A DNA stretch of 63,745 nt, filler included, from Hyphochytrium catenoides (taxonomy: Eukaryota > Protista > Hyphochytriomycota), in assembly GCA_900088475.1 (NCBI GenBank). It is 11 parts of 11 records of this genome, joined end to end, with 100 filler letters (N's around TTAATTAATTAA, not from the genome) between each part and the next. Parts side by side here need not be neighbours in the genome. Positions count along the whole stretch, not along the records: positions 1 to 15,028 come from FLMG01003941.1; positions 15,129 to 16,254 come from FLMG01002670.1; positions 16,355 to 26,003 come from FLMG01001605.1; 8 more parts are not named here. One strand, given 5' to 3'. The position numbers and the translations under genes are program-made. A model generated the notes under the pieces. The model was not told the origin of the DNA and did not search any database. It saw only the letters and a program-made list of their open reading frames with translations. Positions 13,599 through 26,103 of the stretch are shown piece by piece. Positions within the stretch are counted from its first letter, which is position 1. Every line of letters starts with the position of its first letter.

Positions 13599-13815
13599 GT
13601 GTGAGAGAAAATGGGGAGAACAGAGAGAAAGAGTGAGAGAGAGAGAGACTGAGAGAGAGACTGAGGGGAGGAGGTCAAGAAAGAGAGAGAGAGAAAGAAA
13701 AAGAGCCAAACCCTAGGTCAAGCACAGGCCGCAAGATCACCTTCTTGGCCACGGCTCCAGTGCCCAACAGATCCTCAAATCCATCTTCGAGGATTTCCAG
13801 CTTTTCTTCTGCCAT
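12052..13815 (-). CDS. Tail-anchored FKBP-type PPIase with TPR repeats (FKBP38/FKBP42-like), 3 exons
   Basis: Exons 13815-13741, ~13536-13386, ~13056-12052. FKBP motifs VRYNG, GDVIPALELAVRLMKVGE, AYG, IPQNAPLKFTVEL. TPRs KKIGNEWF, NNLAAAYMK, NVKALLRAA. C-terminal TM WWILGTILIIFLLQGVVIHYV. Confidence 0.9.
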
Positions 13816-14222
13816 TTTGCCTCGGTCTTTGTCCCTTCTAAGTCGAAGCTAGAGCTCACCTATGACGCTCCGAAGGAGGAGAGACGCAGTCCCGTCAGCG
13901 AGACGAAGTCACTACAGAGGAGGGAACCGTCTGAGGCAGCGACTGAGAGATTGCGATGACAGAGAATGTTTCGCAAGGTAAGGTCGGGCTAGCTGGGAGC
14001 TCGTCGAACGAGAGATAAAGAGAGAGATGTCTTTAGGACGCTGAGATCGCGCTGATTAGAGTGCTGGCCCTCGATCCCGACATCGATCGATAGCCTGCTT
14101 GCGAAGGAGCGACGCGGCAAGAGGCAGAGCCTAGATTATAAGAGCAGGAAAACTGGGAACTGGAAGGGCACCAGTCTGATGATGATGTGAGCCTTGAGCG
14201 TGGCTAAGAAGAATGATTGTGG

Positions 14223-14227
<5 letters not shown>

Positions 14228-14266
<39 letters not shown>

Positions 14267-14298
14267 GGGGGAGAGAGAGAGAGAAAGAGAGAGAGAGA

Positions 14299-14341
<43 letters not shown>

Positions 14342-14506
14342 AAGAGGGAGAGAGAAAGAGAGAGAGAGAGAAAGAGAGAGAAAGAGAGAGAGATTGAGAG
14401 AGAGAGAAAGAGAGAGAGATTGAGAGAGAGAGAAAGAGAAAGAGAGATTGAGGAGAGAGAGAGAGAGAAAGAGAGATTGAGAGAGAGAGAAAGAGAGAGA
14501 GAGATT

Positions 14507-14532
<26 letters not shown>
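14228..14532. repeat. ~300-bp nearly pure (GA)n tract with GAGATTGAGA/GAAAGA subrepeats
   Basis: Read directly from the sequence. Confidence 0.95.
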
Positions 14533-14537
<5 letters not shown>

Positions 14538-15028
14538 GCTCGACTGTGAAGCTCCAGTGTGGATCAGAATCCTCATCAGCTACTTGCCAAAACTCTGCTT
14601 GATAATCAATAATTTGATAAAGCCGAAGTAGTCTCATTACTGATCTCGCCTGAATTGATTAATCCTGACTGGAAGAAAGATCAAAACCACCTTTTCTGAG
14701 GGTTACTGTCAGTCCAATCATAATGATTACTAACCAGCTCCAGTTTTGTTCGTTTTTGCTCCTTTACTAACTGAGACTTTCCACAAAGGTTTGTCAGAAG
14801 TCCAAATACCGCTTTCTTTTCTGGACAGATTCTTGCTCCCTTTGATGCTACAGGTTAACTGCCCACACTGGAGGTACAGTTCGGCCAGCAAGAAGATAAA
14901 CAACATATTCGGAATCAAATTGTATTATAAGAAATAAAGCTATTGATATCTATAATCCCATCCCACAGCACATCTTAGGCTCGATTCTGAAAGCCCAGGC
15001 GTCCCTTTTATAGGGGTTTACTATAGCT

Positions 15029-15128
15029 NNNNNNNNNNNNNNNNNNNNNNNNNNNNNNNNNNNNNNNNNNNNTTAATTAATTAANNNNNNNNNNNNNNNN
15101 NNNNNNNNNNNNNNNNNNNNNNNNNNNN
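15029..15128. other. Artificial scaffold linker N44-TTAATTAATTAA-N44 (first of ten)
   Basis: Identical 100-nt spacer with six-frame stops. Other copies: 16255-16354, 26004-26103, 30840-30939, 38286-38385, 39437-39536, 41693-41792, 54277-54376, 57622-57721, 61800-61899. Confidence 0.97.
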
Positions 15129-15412
15129 AGCGAAGACTTAGCTAAACCCATTGACTCACTCTTCTTACATACTACAGTTGTCCACGTATGGGACACGAAG
15201 GGGGGAGAGGGGGGCCTCAGAATGACATAACAAGACTAGCGAAGAAGAGAGAGAGAGGGAGGCCTCGGAGAGTTAGGAAAAGGAGTATTACAGGCTGATC
15301 TGGTCTAGAGTTTGTACTTTCCTTCCACCTGTGATAGTTTTGTCAATACTTTATAACTAATCAAGCGGAAACCTTNNNNNNNNNNNNNNNNNNNNNNNNN
15401 NNNNNNNNNNNN

Positions 15413-16254
15413 GTATGCTCTATCGATTCACGAAGGCACTTCGTTCTGTTTTGGCTCCTTCCAGGTGATCTCGAAAGTTTCATTTCTTGAATCTTTCAAA
15501 GCTTTCATCCTGAGAGGTTGGAATTATGAACTTTGGCAAAGTGCCCTCGTCAATCTTTCCCCCAATGAGATTTGCCACTATGCCGAGTTTCATTTCCTTA
15601 GCTGCATTTTTGGGAAAGATAGAGGTGATAAGGTCTGAATATTTCACATCTGTCATTTATTACTGTAGAGTGTTTCTAGGCATTTTGAATTGGAGCAGCA
15701 AATAGCAAATAGCAATATATTACGAATCAGTCGAATCCTCACTTGATTGTAAATGGGGACAAGCTACATCCAAGATATTAGAGAGTTGTTCTTATGGTCT
15801 GTGTGTATTGGAGCGTTCGACATAACGAAGGGTCCGTGCTGTGGACGGAATATACAGCTTTTACACCAGATCAGCCGGTAACCCTACAAGGACGAATCGC
15901 CGAAACAAATGAAAGGGGAAAAGAAAGAAAGATTAGTGCTATGCCAAATTGACAGATTGTAAAGTGTATTAACACCAAATACCTTTCCAAGGGGTTCGGG
16001 TTCCAGATTCTTACAACAGGTCTCCTGTCTGTCGTTCACTACTGGCCCTCCTCAGAGCGAGTGTGTCATTGATTTGACCACTGCTCTGGATCCCTCCTAT
16101 ACGGTCGTCCGCTGGCAAAGAGAAGCCTACGAGAGATCGTTCATTACAAGGACAAAATAGCAAGCAGCTAATAGATCCCGGCGGGACCCGTGCCATAAAG
16201 AGGGATGACAGGAGCGAGGAGCCAAGTGTTACGAGTACCCAGAGAATTGTAGGA
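15413..16254 (-). mobile_element. Possible 5' part of an LTR retrotransposon (LTR end, PBS, disrupted gag-like ORF)
   Basis: The minus strand reads ...TAACA-ct-TGGCTCCTCG (LTR-like end at 16227, then a tRNA-Asp-like PBS). A disrupted ORF MTDVKYSDLI...LPKFIIPTSQDESFERF starts at ~15657. Confidence 0.3.
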
Positions 16255-17545
16255 NNNNNNNNNNNNNNNNNNNNNNNNNNNNNNNNNNNNNNNNNNNNTT
16301 AATTAATTAANNNNNNNNNNNNNNNNNNNNNNNNNNNNNNNNNNNNNNNNNNNNTTTTAAGGATGCTAGCGGCTAGGCCGTTCCATCTGACATGAGCATC
16401 CTTCCCTTGCTGCTAGGTTGCTCATTCCCTTGAGGCTGCAGTGACTGCTGATATTATGAGTAAATTCAAAGGTATGACCGGCTGTTGCTTGAACCTTCTC
16501 GTTCTTTTCTTCCTGCCTCCCACTTACGTCTATCTCGCTGTGATTGCTTCTCTTTTTATCCCATTCTCCGACATGTAGGAGGAGAGAGTCGAGGGGAAAG
16601 GGAGCTGTGGGATACTATTAGACGAGATTGGTATAGGAAGATCCTCGGCAGCGTGCTTCGACAAGGTGATCATATCAACATTCATGACCAGGCCGTCCTT
16701 AATCGCTTCAGGTACACAATTTAGGGGTTGAGGTCCAGAGAGAGAAGAAGAGGCACCACTAAAGCGGAGGGTAGAAGTCAGAGGCACTCGAGAGAGAGAG
16801 GACAACAAGAGAAGAAGGGTTTTACGGGTTGCTCCACGTAAATAGACAAGGGACTTTAGGTCCTCCATTTGGTCATAGCCTGTTTCCTCAACCTAGGAAC
16901 GTTCATCATATCCCTGATGCCATCCATGAAGAGCTTCTGCGAGAGATGGGATGGTCCTCGCTAGAGTTTGACAAAGGAGAGAAGACCAAGCTGCAACCCA
17001 AGAGGTGATCTTTATTGTCATCACATACGTGTTTGTTACTCCTTACAGTCTTCCGTCAGGTCCTCTTTTCATCGGCCGCCACGGTCATCTTATCTATTCT
17101 AGGCATTTTTTCGCATTCTTCTCGCAGTTAGCTTGGTTCTTTGTCCTATTTATACCCTTCGCTCTAGTTGTCGTGACGCTGTGTGTCTATTAGGCGACGC
17201 CGGCTCCGCCACACCATTTCTTCCAACCGAGTAACGATTCAAAGCGCACAAGCGATGGGAATGGAAGAGGCAATGGGGGCTGGTTATGCCTATAGTTGGG
17301 ACCAACAAGAAGAGAAAGGCGGCGATGTAGAGGATGAAGAAGACGAAGAAGTGCAGAAGAAGAAGCAGAGCACTCAACACGGAACAGGGACGAAGAAGAG
17401 GCCACAGCATAAAGAGAAAGTCATTGTGCGCCGCCCAACAAGACTTGCTCCTGGGCGACAGGCATCAACGGCCACTACTCCATACGATTTCGACCTACCT
17501 CCTCCTCCCTCCGTGTATATGCGACAAAAGTTCAAGGAGGATGCG

Positions 17546-17641
17546 GAGAAGCTCAAGGCGAAGGGAGAGAAGCTCAAGGGGGAAGGAGAAAAACCGAAAG
17601 CGGAAGGAGAGAAGCTTGAAGGGGAGGGAAAGAAGCTCAAG
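17546..17641 (+). repeat. 21-nt coding tandem repeat (EKLKxEG heptads, ~4.5 copies) in ORF 17183-17656
   Basis: EKLKAKG-EKLKGEG-EKPKAEG-EKLEGEG-KKLK. Confidence 0.8.
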
Positions 17642-18493
17642 GTGATGGTAAGCTAACCGAGTGTGACCTGACATCAGATTGGAGCTTCAAAAAAGAAGGC
17701 CGGGAGAACTACCTCGTAGGGATCCGCCTTTCAGTGCACCTTGGTATCATCCTCGCTTCTGGGGGCCATCCATTCATTCTCTTCTCGCCAGCCACCCTGC
17801 GGATCGAGCACCAGAACTCCACGCATCAATTGAGAGTTTGCTTCTGTAACCTCAAAAGGGCGGGATGATAGAGCCAGTCCCGAGGAGGAGATTCGAAGAA
17901 GGGCCACGCACGTCAAGCACCGAAATTGCTGGAAGTGCATTCTCCAAGGGACACAGGCGCCAACAGCGCTTTCCTCCACACACAAAGCTCTTGGTGCAAT
18001 AGGCTAGAAGGCATTTAGACTGTGACTAGTGGGCGCGGTGCTCTCTTTCTTTCTCCAAGAGTAAACCCTGTGCTGTAGTCTAAACTGTGAGGAAGGCTCT
18101 AAAGACCCTCCCCTCCGTATGACCCTGATAGCTATGAGACGTCCCCTCAATCCTCACAAACTTAATAGAGAGAAGGAAAGGTGCTGACGAGTCTTGCAGC
18201 CCATGGCTGTTCTTCCTTCCTGAGGAGAACCGTCTCTCTAGCATCCCAGAGCTTGCATGCGCAGGTAGAGCCTACCTGGGTCTATCTTATTTTACCTCCT
18301 GCTTCCTTTGACTCCAGGGGGTGCTCTGGTCGGTATGAGTTTTGGAGCCAAATCCTTTTTTGAATACAGAGATTTCGCGGGAGTTGGTCTCGACGGAACT
18401 TCTTAGCCCCCTCTCTCCTTCCTCTCTCTCTCTCTGCCTCTTTTCTCTGTCATAAAGTCTTTGGAAGTTTTTTCTCTCCGCAATTCTTTGAAA

Positions 18494-18527
<34 letters not shown>

Positions 18528-18587
18528 CTCTCTCTCTTTCTCTCTCTCCTCTCTTCTATCTCCCTCTCGCTCTCTCTCTCTTTCTCT

Positions 18588-18625
<38 letters not shown>

Positions 18626-18996
18626 CGGTGTGTCTCAAGATGACCTTTGATTTTGCTTGATGAAGCCTTTCACTGTTCTTTCCACGTGCTCTTGCAGCCT
18701 CTCTCTTCGCGTCTCTCTCCACTCTAACTCTTGTTATTCCTAGCCCTGTCCCTCACGACCATTGCGTCTTATAACTGTTGAACGAGGCAGACGAGGCAGA
18801 GGAGGAGGATAGAAAGAACTTGACCCCAGAGCCCACGGGGTCGGAAAGAAGGAGAGTCAGCCCGAGACTAAACAAAACTGACACAAGGTAGCGCAGGAAG
18901 GCTGCAGGCGGAGAAAGAGGGAAGACAAGTAAAAGGAAAGCTCTACAAGAGTCGAGAAGAAAGTGATATACACAGAGAGATATGACAGCGGGTGCC

Positions 18997-21830
18997 ATGG
19001 AGCCTACACAGGCTAGCAAGGAAGACAGCGGCATCACCGTCTCCTCACTCGTGCCGGACAAAGCCCCGCGTTGGGTCTTCCTCCAGCACCAGGATGAGGC
19101 CGCTGGCAGGAGACAGACAGAGATTGTCTCCCTGTATCACCCACGGACAGGTGTGTTACGGGATAGCAGGAGGTGGACTGACAGCAAAAAAGGAGGTGCT
19201 GATGGTAGATGCTGATCGTAGAGGGGCAGTGACAGCAGGAAACGGAAGAGGGCGGGCAAGAGAGTATTGGAGGGAGAAGAAAGAAAGGGCTGGAAGAAAC
19301 CGGAAAAAGAGAGAGAGAATGCGAAGGAGAGAGAGAGAGTACGATTAATAGAGAAGGAGGACTACTCTATATGATCGTCCGTCATTGATCGCTACCGGTC
19401 TGCTTTTTTCTGGTGCTTCTTTTATAAAGTCCTTGCTTCTCCCTATCGTGAGAACTTAACGTCAACTTGTCATTGCCATGATCGATCTTCGTCTCCTAGG
19501 CCGTCCGGTTCGCTTTATGCTGAGCACAGAAGAGGGTGGAAGGGTGTCGCTGCAGGAGATCCAGCGAGTAGATAAGGACGAGAGGAAGCTAGGCAGCTGG
19601 ATATATGGACAGAAGCTGCTTAAAGGTGGTCATTCTCTTACCTAGCCTCTTAACCCTATCCATCATCTCTTCCTCTTGCCGCTCTTTTGAGTCAAACATT
19701 TGTCGGGAAGACATCTCACCTTTGGCTTCCTGATCGCTCTCTGTTCTCTTCTTCTTTTGGTGTAAATCTAGCTCATAGACCGTGCTCTCTTCTGCCCCTA
19801 CTTCTGATGATTATCTGGGCCATGCAGACGGCGCAATCATTTCTATTTATCTCCGCTCTCCCTGATATTGTCCATATCCTTTTTGGCACCAACTGTCGTC
19901 ATCAGCAAGGGTGCTTGGCCACCTATCTTCTATAATCTTATTTACCTGATTGAGCTCTGTCTCTTACTATTGTCCCTCCGTCTTTCAAAGTGCAGATGGC
20001 GCTCTATATGTCGCAAGCCCAGTGGACAGTCTTTTCCTCCTTCTGCCCTCTCTCAGAACTGCAGGAAGAAGCTTTTCTCCCGCGTCCCAGATAGTTTCTT
20101 CTTCGAAGGTGAGATTCACAAGCTCTTTTTCCTTTAGCTTCTGCTTCTATTCGAATATTGCTCTCTTTTCTTGGCGATGCCATACACTGGGGGGAAGAAT
20201 CAAATGTGTCCATGGCCACCTATTGTCTCATTTGTCCCTCGAGGACTTCTGTACAGATAACTGTGCAAGCTTGTGCTACGTCCATGATTTACTTAACGTG
20301 CAACTCCTTTCATCATCTAGGATTCCCTTCTTAAGAGCCTAATGAGATCGGCGGAATCCTCCTTACACCTGATCTGCGACGTGCATGGTAATACAATTCG
20401 AGGCCTACTCTGACAGTTCTTCCTTGCTTGCTCGTCCTTCTTGCTTCTCGTTCTCATTGTACGATCCTCCCACATTCCAATGCGCGTTGTCCTTATGCTC
20501 GCTTGCCACTCTTCGACTGCCCTCATCCTAAGGCTTCTTTTCCTCCATTCGAACAGATCGCCTGGGTCCAGATAACATATTTTACCGGTTGAATGAGGAG
20601 AAGGTTACGTCTTGGATGAAGGCCAAGGTGCTATTCATAGAACCTCTCATCTTCTCTCTAGTCCTTACTTGCTGGTCCGACTGAGTTCTTTCTCTTTGCT
20701 TTCCACATCTGGAGCCCAAAAATGTCATTCCCGTTTTGTTTCGCCTCAAGCTTGGCGAGTGTTCCATACTGATTGTGGGCGCCTGGGGCTCAAGCAAAGC
20801 GCATACTGATGTTTCCCTTAGGCCGAAAGAGTGTCAAAGGTGCTTATCGAGCGCAGAAAATTGTACAGTCAGAAGGCCGCTCAAGTCACTACGTTTCGCA
20901 CCCAGGCTGGTGGAGGACAGGAAAACGAGAAAGCGGAAGTAGAACTATCAAACGGTGCACGGAAAGAAGGTTTGTCCTCTCTACACCCAGGATTTACTGA
21001 GGTGTACAGTTTTTAACAACCTTCTTGTGGTCCCTGCTCAGAGCTAGTGAAAGCGTATCACATCCTGATAGACTACATTGAGCCGTACTGGGAAGACAAG
21101 CTAGCGAAAGCCTTAGGGTACGTTTGGACGCTTCATAGGCTCAGTGAATAATGACGTACTGAGGGAATATGATAGATAAGCGTCAAGAGACACGGAGATG
21201 AAAGCAACAGTAACACCACTGCCACCTGGGGCAGTAGCCAGGGAGGGTGTCGGGTTTAATTGCGTGATATCTCTAACGGAGATATAGGAAGAAGAGAGAC
21301 CAACATAGCTAGCTTTCAACGGATATGTGTGTCCGTTGACTAAGCAGAGGGCTGTCTTAGGCTGACTCCAGAAGAGCTCAACCCATCGTTAAGAGCCAGA
21401 GAAAGTGGACAAGGAGATTTTCAAGAGCCAGCCAGTCAACCCGTAATGTTGACGGAGCCGGAGGCTTCTCCGCCTCTCAAGGTCAGCTGTAGGCCCGGCG
21501 CCACCGTTAGGCACTCTAGCCCGGCTCATCCTCCTCGTCCTCGCCTCACCGTTCATGTCTTTTCTGTTGTGTCTTGGAATGGCCTAACCTATCTCTGACC
21601 AGTTGTTCCGTCCCCATTGCATTGCTACCCTCTACTCTCTCCTTGGTTTGACATTTTTACTCACCTCACATGCACGCACTCAACGTCCTAATTCAGCCGT
21701 TTGCCTTTCTTCACACTGTCATTGTCTGCAGAAAGCAAAAACAATCCCTCTCTCCGCAGCTCACAAAAAGCTTGCTAAGGTTAACACTGCCGGGATGAAG
21801 TCCATGACTTCATTTTTCAAGAAGGCTTAA
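18997..21830 (+). CDS. RNASEH2B: Ribonuclease H2 subunit B, 9 exons
   Basis: Spliced product: LYHPRTG-RPVRFML...LQEIQ...GSWIYGQKLLKDGALYVASPVDSLFLLLPSL...LHLICDV...FYRLNEEKVTSWMKAK...KKLAKVNTAGMKSMTSFFKKA*. The C-terminal PIP-box (MTSFF) is typical. All junctions are GT-AG and in phase. The start could also be 18982. Confidence 0.9.
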
Positions 21831-22379
21831 AGGCTTAACCGCCTCATTCGCGACACTTTGGCTCTCTCTGTGCCACCAAAACCACATATTCTCCTATCGA
21901 GGTCCAGCATCTCTCGTACAAGCTTTCGAGGAACTGTCAACCGCCCAAGCCTTTCTCCCGTGGTAGATTTCGCGCATGCTTCTTCCTTAGAATTATTTTT
22001 GGAATCGATCGGTCGGACATTCTTGATCGTTGCTTATGACCCTAGACAGCAGTTCACTGAGGAGGTTTGAAGCTGAGAAGAAGTTGAGCACTTAAGAGAT
22101 CATCAATATATCAGGAAATAGGAAGAAAGAGAGAGTGGTGGGAAGACAGAGAACATGGGACATCCTGACAGATGTAGAGATAGCCCGTAGTGTACATATA
22201 GCGCATCCCCTTTGTGAGGGTTAAGTATCGAGTCTCTCTTAAACCTCGAAGCCTCTCAGCTTCAGCGCTAATGTCCAGCAGAGCCAACCGTGTCAACCGT
22301 GTCTTCGGTAAATAGGGTGTCTATCCACAGATCTTATTAGGCTTTTCTCTTCTATCCCCTATCTTGGACTCTTCGGGGC

Positions 22380-25341
22380 CTACGATGGCAAATTCCTTAC
22401 AGAGTTGATCTCCTCCATCTGGGCTTTGGACGGGGTAGCCATCCGAGCGCCCACCTCTCTTGTTCCGACACCAGTGAGGGGTCGAGGTGTCGTTCTACTC
22501 CTCTCGCCCGAGATCCGCCGGGAGGAAGTGGTGGGAGGCAGCCGCTCTTGTCCTGGCCCAGTTTCTGCCCGTGAAGGCCTCAACGGGTTTGCATTTTCTC
22601 TCAGCTGAGAAGCTCCGAGCTTCCTCATTCGCTGGATATCAGCTTGAAGGCGCTTGATGGTTGCGTCCTGGTCGCAACGGGGAAATAATGGCAACGTAAG
22701 GAGAGAAGCAAACCGGTACGCAGACGAAGAGGAGCCACAGCGAAGATTACTCCCTCTGGTCACGGCTTGGTTAAAGAGTGGAGGCGTAAAAGAAAGAATA
22801 CAATGAACCGCAAAGCATCGTAGCTTGCGCAATGTAGGTGCGAAGATTAGAAGAGTGGCGGTGGAGCAAGGTCAGAGTACAAGGAAGCGGGTTCTTCTGA
22901 CCTTGTCCTCAGTGAAGTTATCTAAAAAATCTCTGCCAGCGGCAGCCGTTGTTGACATTGGCCTTGTGGCATCCGTTCCCTCCTTGCCGTTTTCTCTCTC
23001 CTTAGGTATAAAGGTGCGCGCGGGCACCCCACAGCGAGGGGAGACTGGGGAAGGCAGTTCCTCTCCCTCGAGGCCTTTGTAGGTAGGGAGCACAGGATCC
23101 ACGCGCCTTTTGGTCCTAAAGGCGTACTTTACGGTGTCAGCCTGGGCTCCGGGAATATCCGAGGTGTCATTCACAGTTCGAGGATTCGGCAGGCTCCTAA
23201 GAGATAGGAGATAGCATTCACCGCGCGTGAGTTGTGGGTATAGTTACAGAGAGAGAGACAGAGGAGGAAGGAAAGACCGCTGAAACATCTAATGAGACAA
23301 TGCAAGTTCACCAGTCTGCAGCTAGCTAAGAAATAAATTCGTTCAGGGAGCGAAGCAATAACAGGGATCTCGNNNNNNNNNNNNNNNNNNNNNNNNNNNN
23401 NNNNNNNNNNNNNNNNNNNNNNNNNNNNNNNNNNNNNNNNNNNNNNNNNNNAGCTGCGTGGTGGTCGAGACGGACGTGGACGTGACTGCGGCTCATCCTT
23501 GACAATCATCCCATTGATAAGGTGCACAGGGTTCAGCACATCGCTACAGAAAGGGGGAAAAGAGAGAGATTAAGCTGTGAGGAGCGATACGTAGGGCCGA
23601 GAGGGAAAGCAAGGAAGGAAATTCCCGGGTGGCGATGGAAGACAGGGCCTGTTGATTTGAAAAACGAGATGAGAGAAGCCATAGCCAACCGATAAGACAA
23701 GCTGACAGCAGGGGGGAAGAAGGAAAAAAATAGTCATTTCGCGGATGTGTGGAGTCAAGTCAGAGCACCAACAAGCAGATAAAGTCGGCGCATCATCAGC
23801 TAAACCCCGTCGTACGTACGTTACTCTCTTGCTCTTGAACGTGTGTCCCGTGATATCCGAAACATCTAGTGCATCCCTCGGCTGTCTCACCTCCCGCCAA
23901 TGGGAGTCAGCGTGGGAGCCAGGGATATCTTCCTGCAGGCATGCAAACCAGCCGAAAAGAAAGAGGACATTATAAAAGCTCCCAGAAGGCTTCATAGTTT
24001 TAGGAAGAGGGATGGACATACCATGGGAACGAGAGAGTAAGTAAAATGAGAACCCAGACACACACAAAGCAGCTAAACCAAGTGTGACTGGAAGAGATAG
24101 AGAAAGTGACTGCACGAGGACGACAGACAGTTCATGAACATATATTCCTATCGAGCTTGGACCTAACCTTTTGATAGTCGTCTAGGTTGATCTGCCGTTT
24201 GGGTTTGGGTTTGGCCCCTTCGATGTCGTCAACGGAGTACGAGTCGCGTATGAACCGGGGGATTGGCTGAAGAAGTATTGATAGTCGACCGTAGTTAGCG
24301 AAAGGAGATGAAGGTGTCGTTGAAGAATGAAGAAGAGAACGCTCGCCAACATTGATATGTGGGCTAAGGAACATCATATGTGGAATGACAACTGTGAAAG
24401 GATTTTCTGAAAGGAGAGGGCACCCCCGGACGAGAAAGAAAGAGAGATGGAGAGATGTAGGTGAACTCTTACTGGCTCCTCGACAACTACTGAAGGCAGT
24501 GGATAATCAGGGTTCTGAGGATCGACATGTCGTTCTCCAGGTAATGCTTTCATAGGCTTGCAAACTGCCCCTGGAAGTGAAGGCCATTGCTTAGGACAAC
24601 ATGATGGTACCAGGACGAGATGCAAGAGGCAGCTGGGGAAGCTGAAGGGAGGGACTTGAAGGACGGGAAGGCGGCAACCAAGGTAACAGCATGAGCTCTC
24701 AATTGAAGAGGTCCAATCTACTTGTCCTCCTTCCCAAGTTCCGCCATACCTGGAATATCATCGCTTCTGAGGGAGTAGTTAACCTTATTCCTGATGGGAG
24801 AGTGGAGCCGCTTGGGGCTGCTACCGTGGATGTCTTCATTTCTATAAAGGTCTGGCTTGTTGGTGAAAGGCTTTGTCTTATAGAACTGCGGCTGAGCACC
24901 ATCGATGTCTGCAGTGACATTCACAGGCCGCGGAGCTGTCTCCTACGTCGGAGCAGGGTTAGCGTAAGATGGGAGAAGGAGGAGAAGAAGAGTGAAGTGC
25001 CGGAAGCAGCTATAAAACAGCGAAGAACTAAAGCCAGACGATATAAAGGCGACCGCAGAAAGACTCAGAGCCAAGAACTATATAGAGGAATAGAGAAAAG
25101 GAGTGTAAAAGTGTAAAATAGAGATTGCTGGGGAGCAAAGTGCCCGGTTAGACAGAGCATCGAAAGATAGTGACACTTTGATCAAGTAACCAGCTGTGTG
25201 CCTGAAGTAAATCGAGGAACAAAGTGCAATAGTGATGATGAGTCTGAAGCTTACTCTCTTGGGCCTGTCTGCAGGAATTGCCTCCAAACTCATCGTCTTA
25301 TACCGGGCTGGATCGTCATAGCTGTCCGTGATGATCACCAT
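22380..25341 (-). CDS. Multi-exon 'DIxGA / DPxxPxY' repeat protein
   Basis: In-phase exons give repeated DIDGAQP, DIHGSSP, DIPGAVC, DIEGAKP, DIPGSHA, DITG and DIPGAQA. Companion motifs RHVDPQNPDY, RVTDVLNPVH, RRVDPVLPTY. Ends EEINSVRNLPS*. An internal gap at 23373-23451 hides part of it. Confidence 0.8.
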
Positions 25342-25636
25342 TCTGACGAAGGAAGGGCTAACAATGTACCCAGAGATCACAGCTTCTACGCCGTGGCGCT
25401 GATGAGAAGGGAGAGTAGGAGAAGAGACAAAGTAGAGACAAGCGGCTATCACCCTCAGGTAGCGGTTAACATCATCCTCGCTGGCGGAAAGGGACGAAGA
25501 AATTCAGAGGAAAGAGGAGCGAAGGTGCGTTGCAGTATCTCGACGGAGAAGACCCAGAACCGCCTGCTCAATGATAAATGCCACTCTTTCTCCGCTGCCC
25601 TGGACGTATGCAGAGACTCTAACCCGTTGCTGTGCG

Positions 25637-25792
25637 ATGGAGAATAGAACCAACCTTCTTTTGAAGAAAGGTTACGGGGATGAGCTGACCAAGGAGCAAC
25701 AAGTGCTACGCTACCTCCGGATCGCTCTGCTTGGGGAGTGCATGACAAGAGAGAGAATGGATAAGACAAAGGGAAAGTGGAGCACCTCTAAG
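25637..25792 (+). CDS. Possible first exon of a divergent gene cut by the scaffold end
   Basis: MENRTNLLLKKGYGDELTKEQQVLRYLRIALLGECM...STSK followed by a GTGA donor and a GA-rich intron. Confidence 0.35.
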
Positions 25793-25968
25793 GTGAAACT
25801 AGCTCTATGTCGGGCCGAGGTGGGATAAAAGGGAGGCAAGGAGTGGAGGAGAGCCAAGAAGGAAAGAAGAGAAGCGGGGAGAGAGTAAGCACAAAAGAAG
25901 GGATAAGAGAACTTACTGAGATGGACACACAGCCAAGAGAGTGAGAGAGAGAGTGAGAAAGAGAGAGT

Positions 25969-26003
<35 letters not shown>

Positions 26004-26103
26004 NNNNNNNNNNNNNNNNNNNNNNNNNNNNNNNNNNNNNNNNNNNNTTAATTAATTAANNNNNNNNNNNNNNNNNNNNNNNNNNNNNNNNNNNNNNNNN
26101 NNN

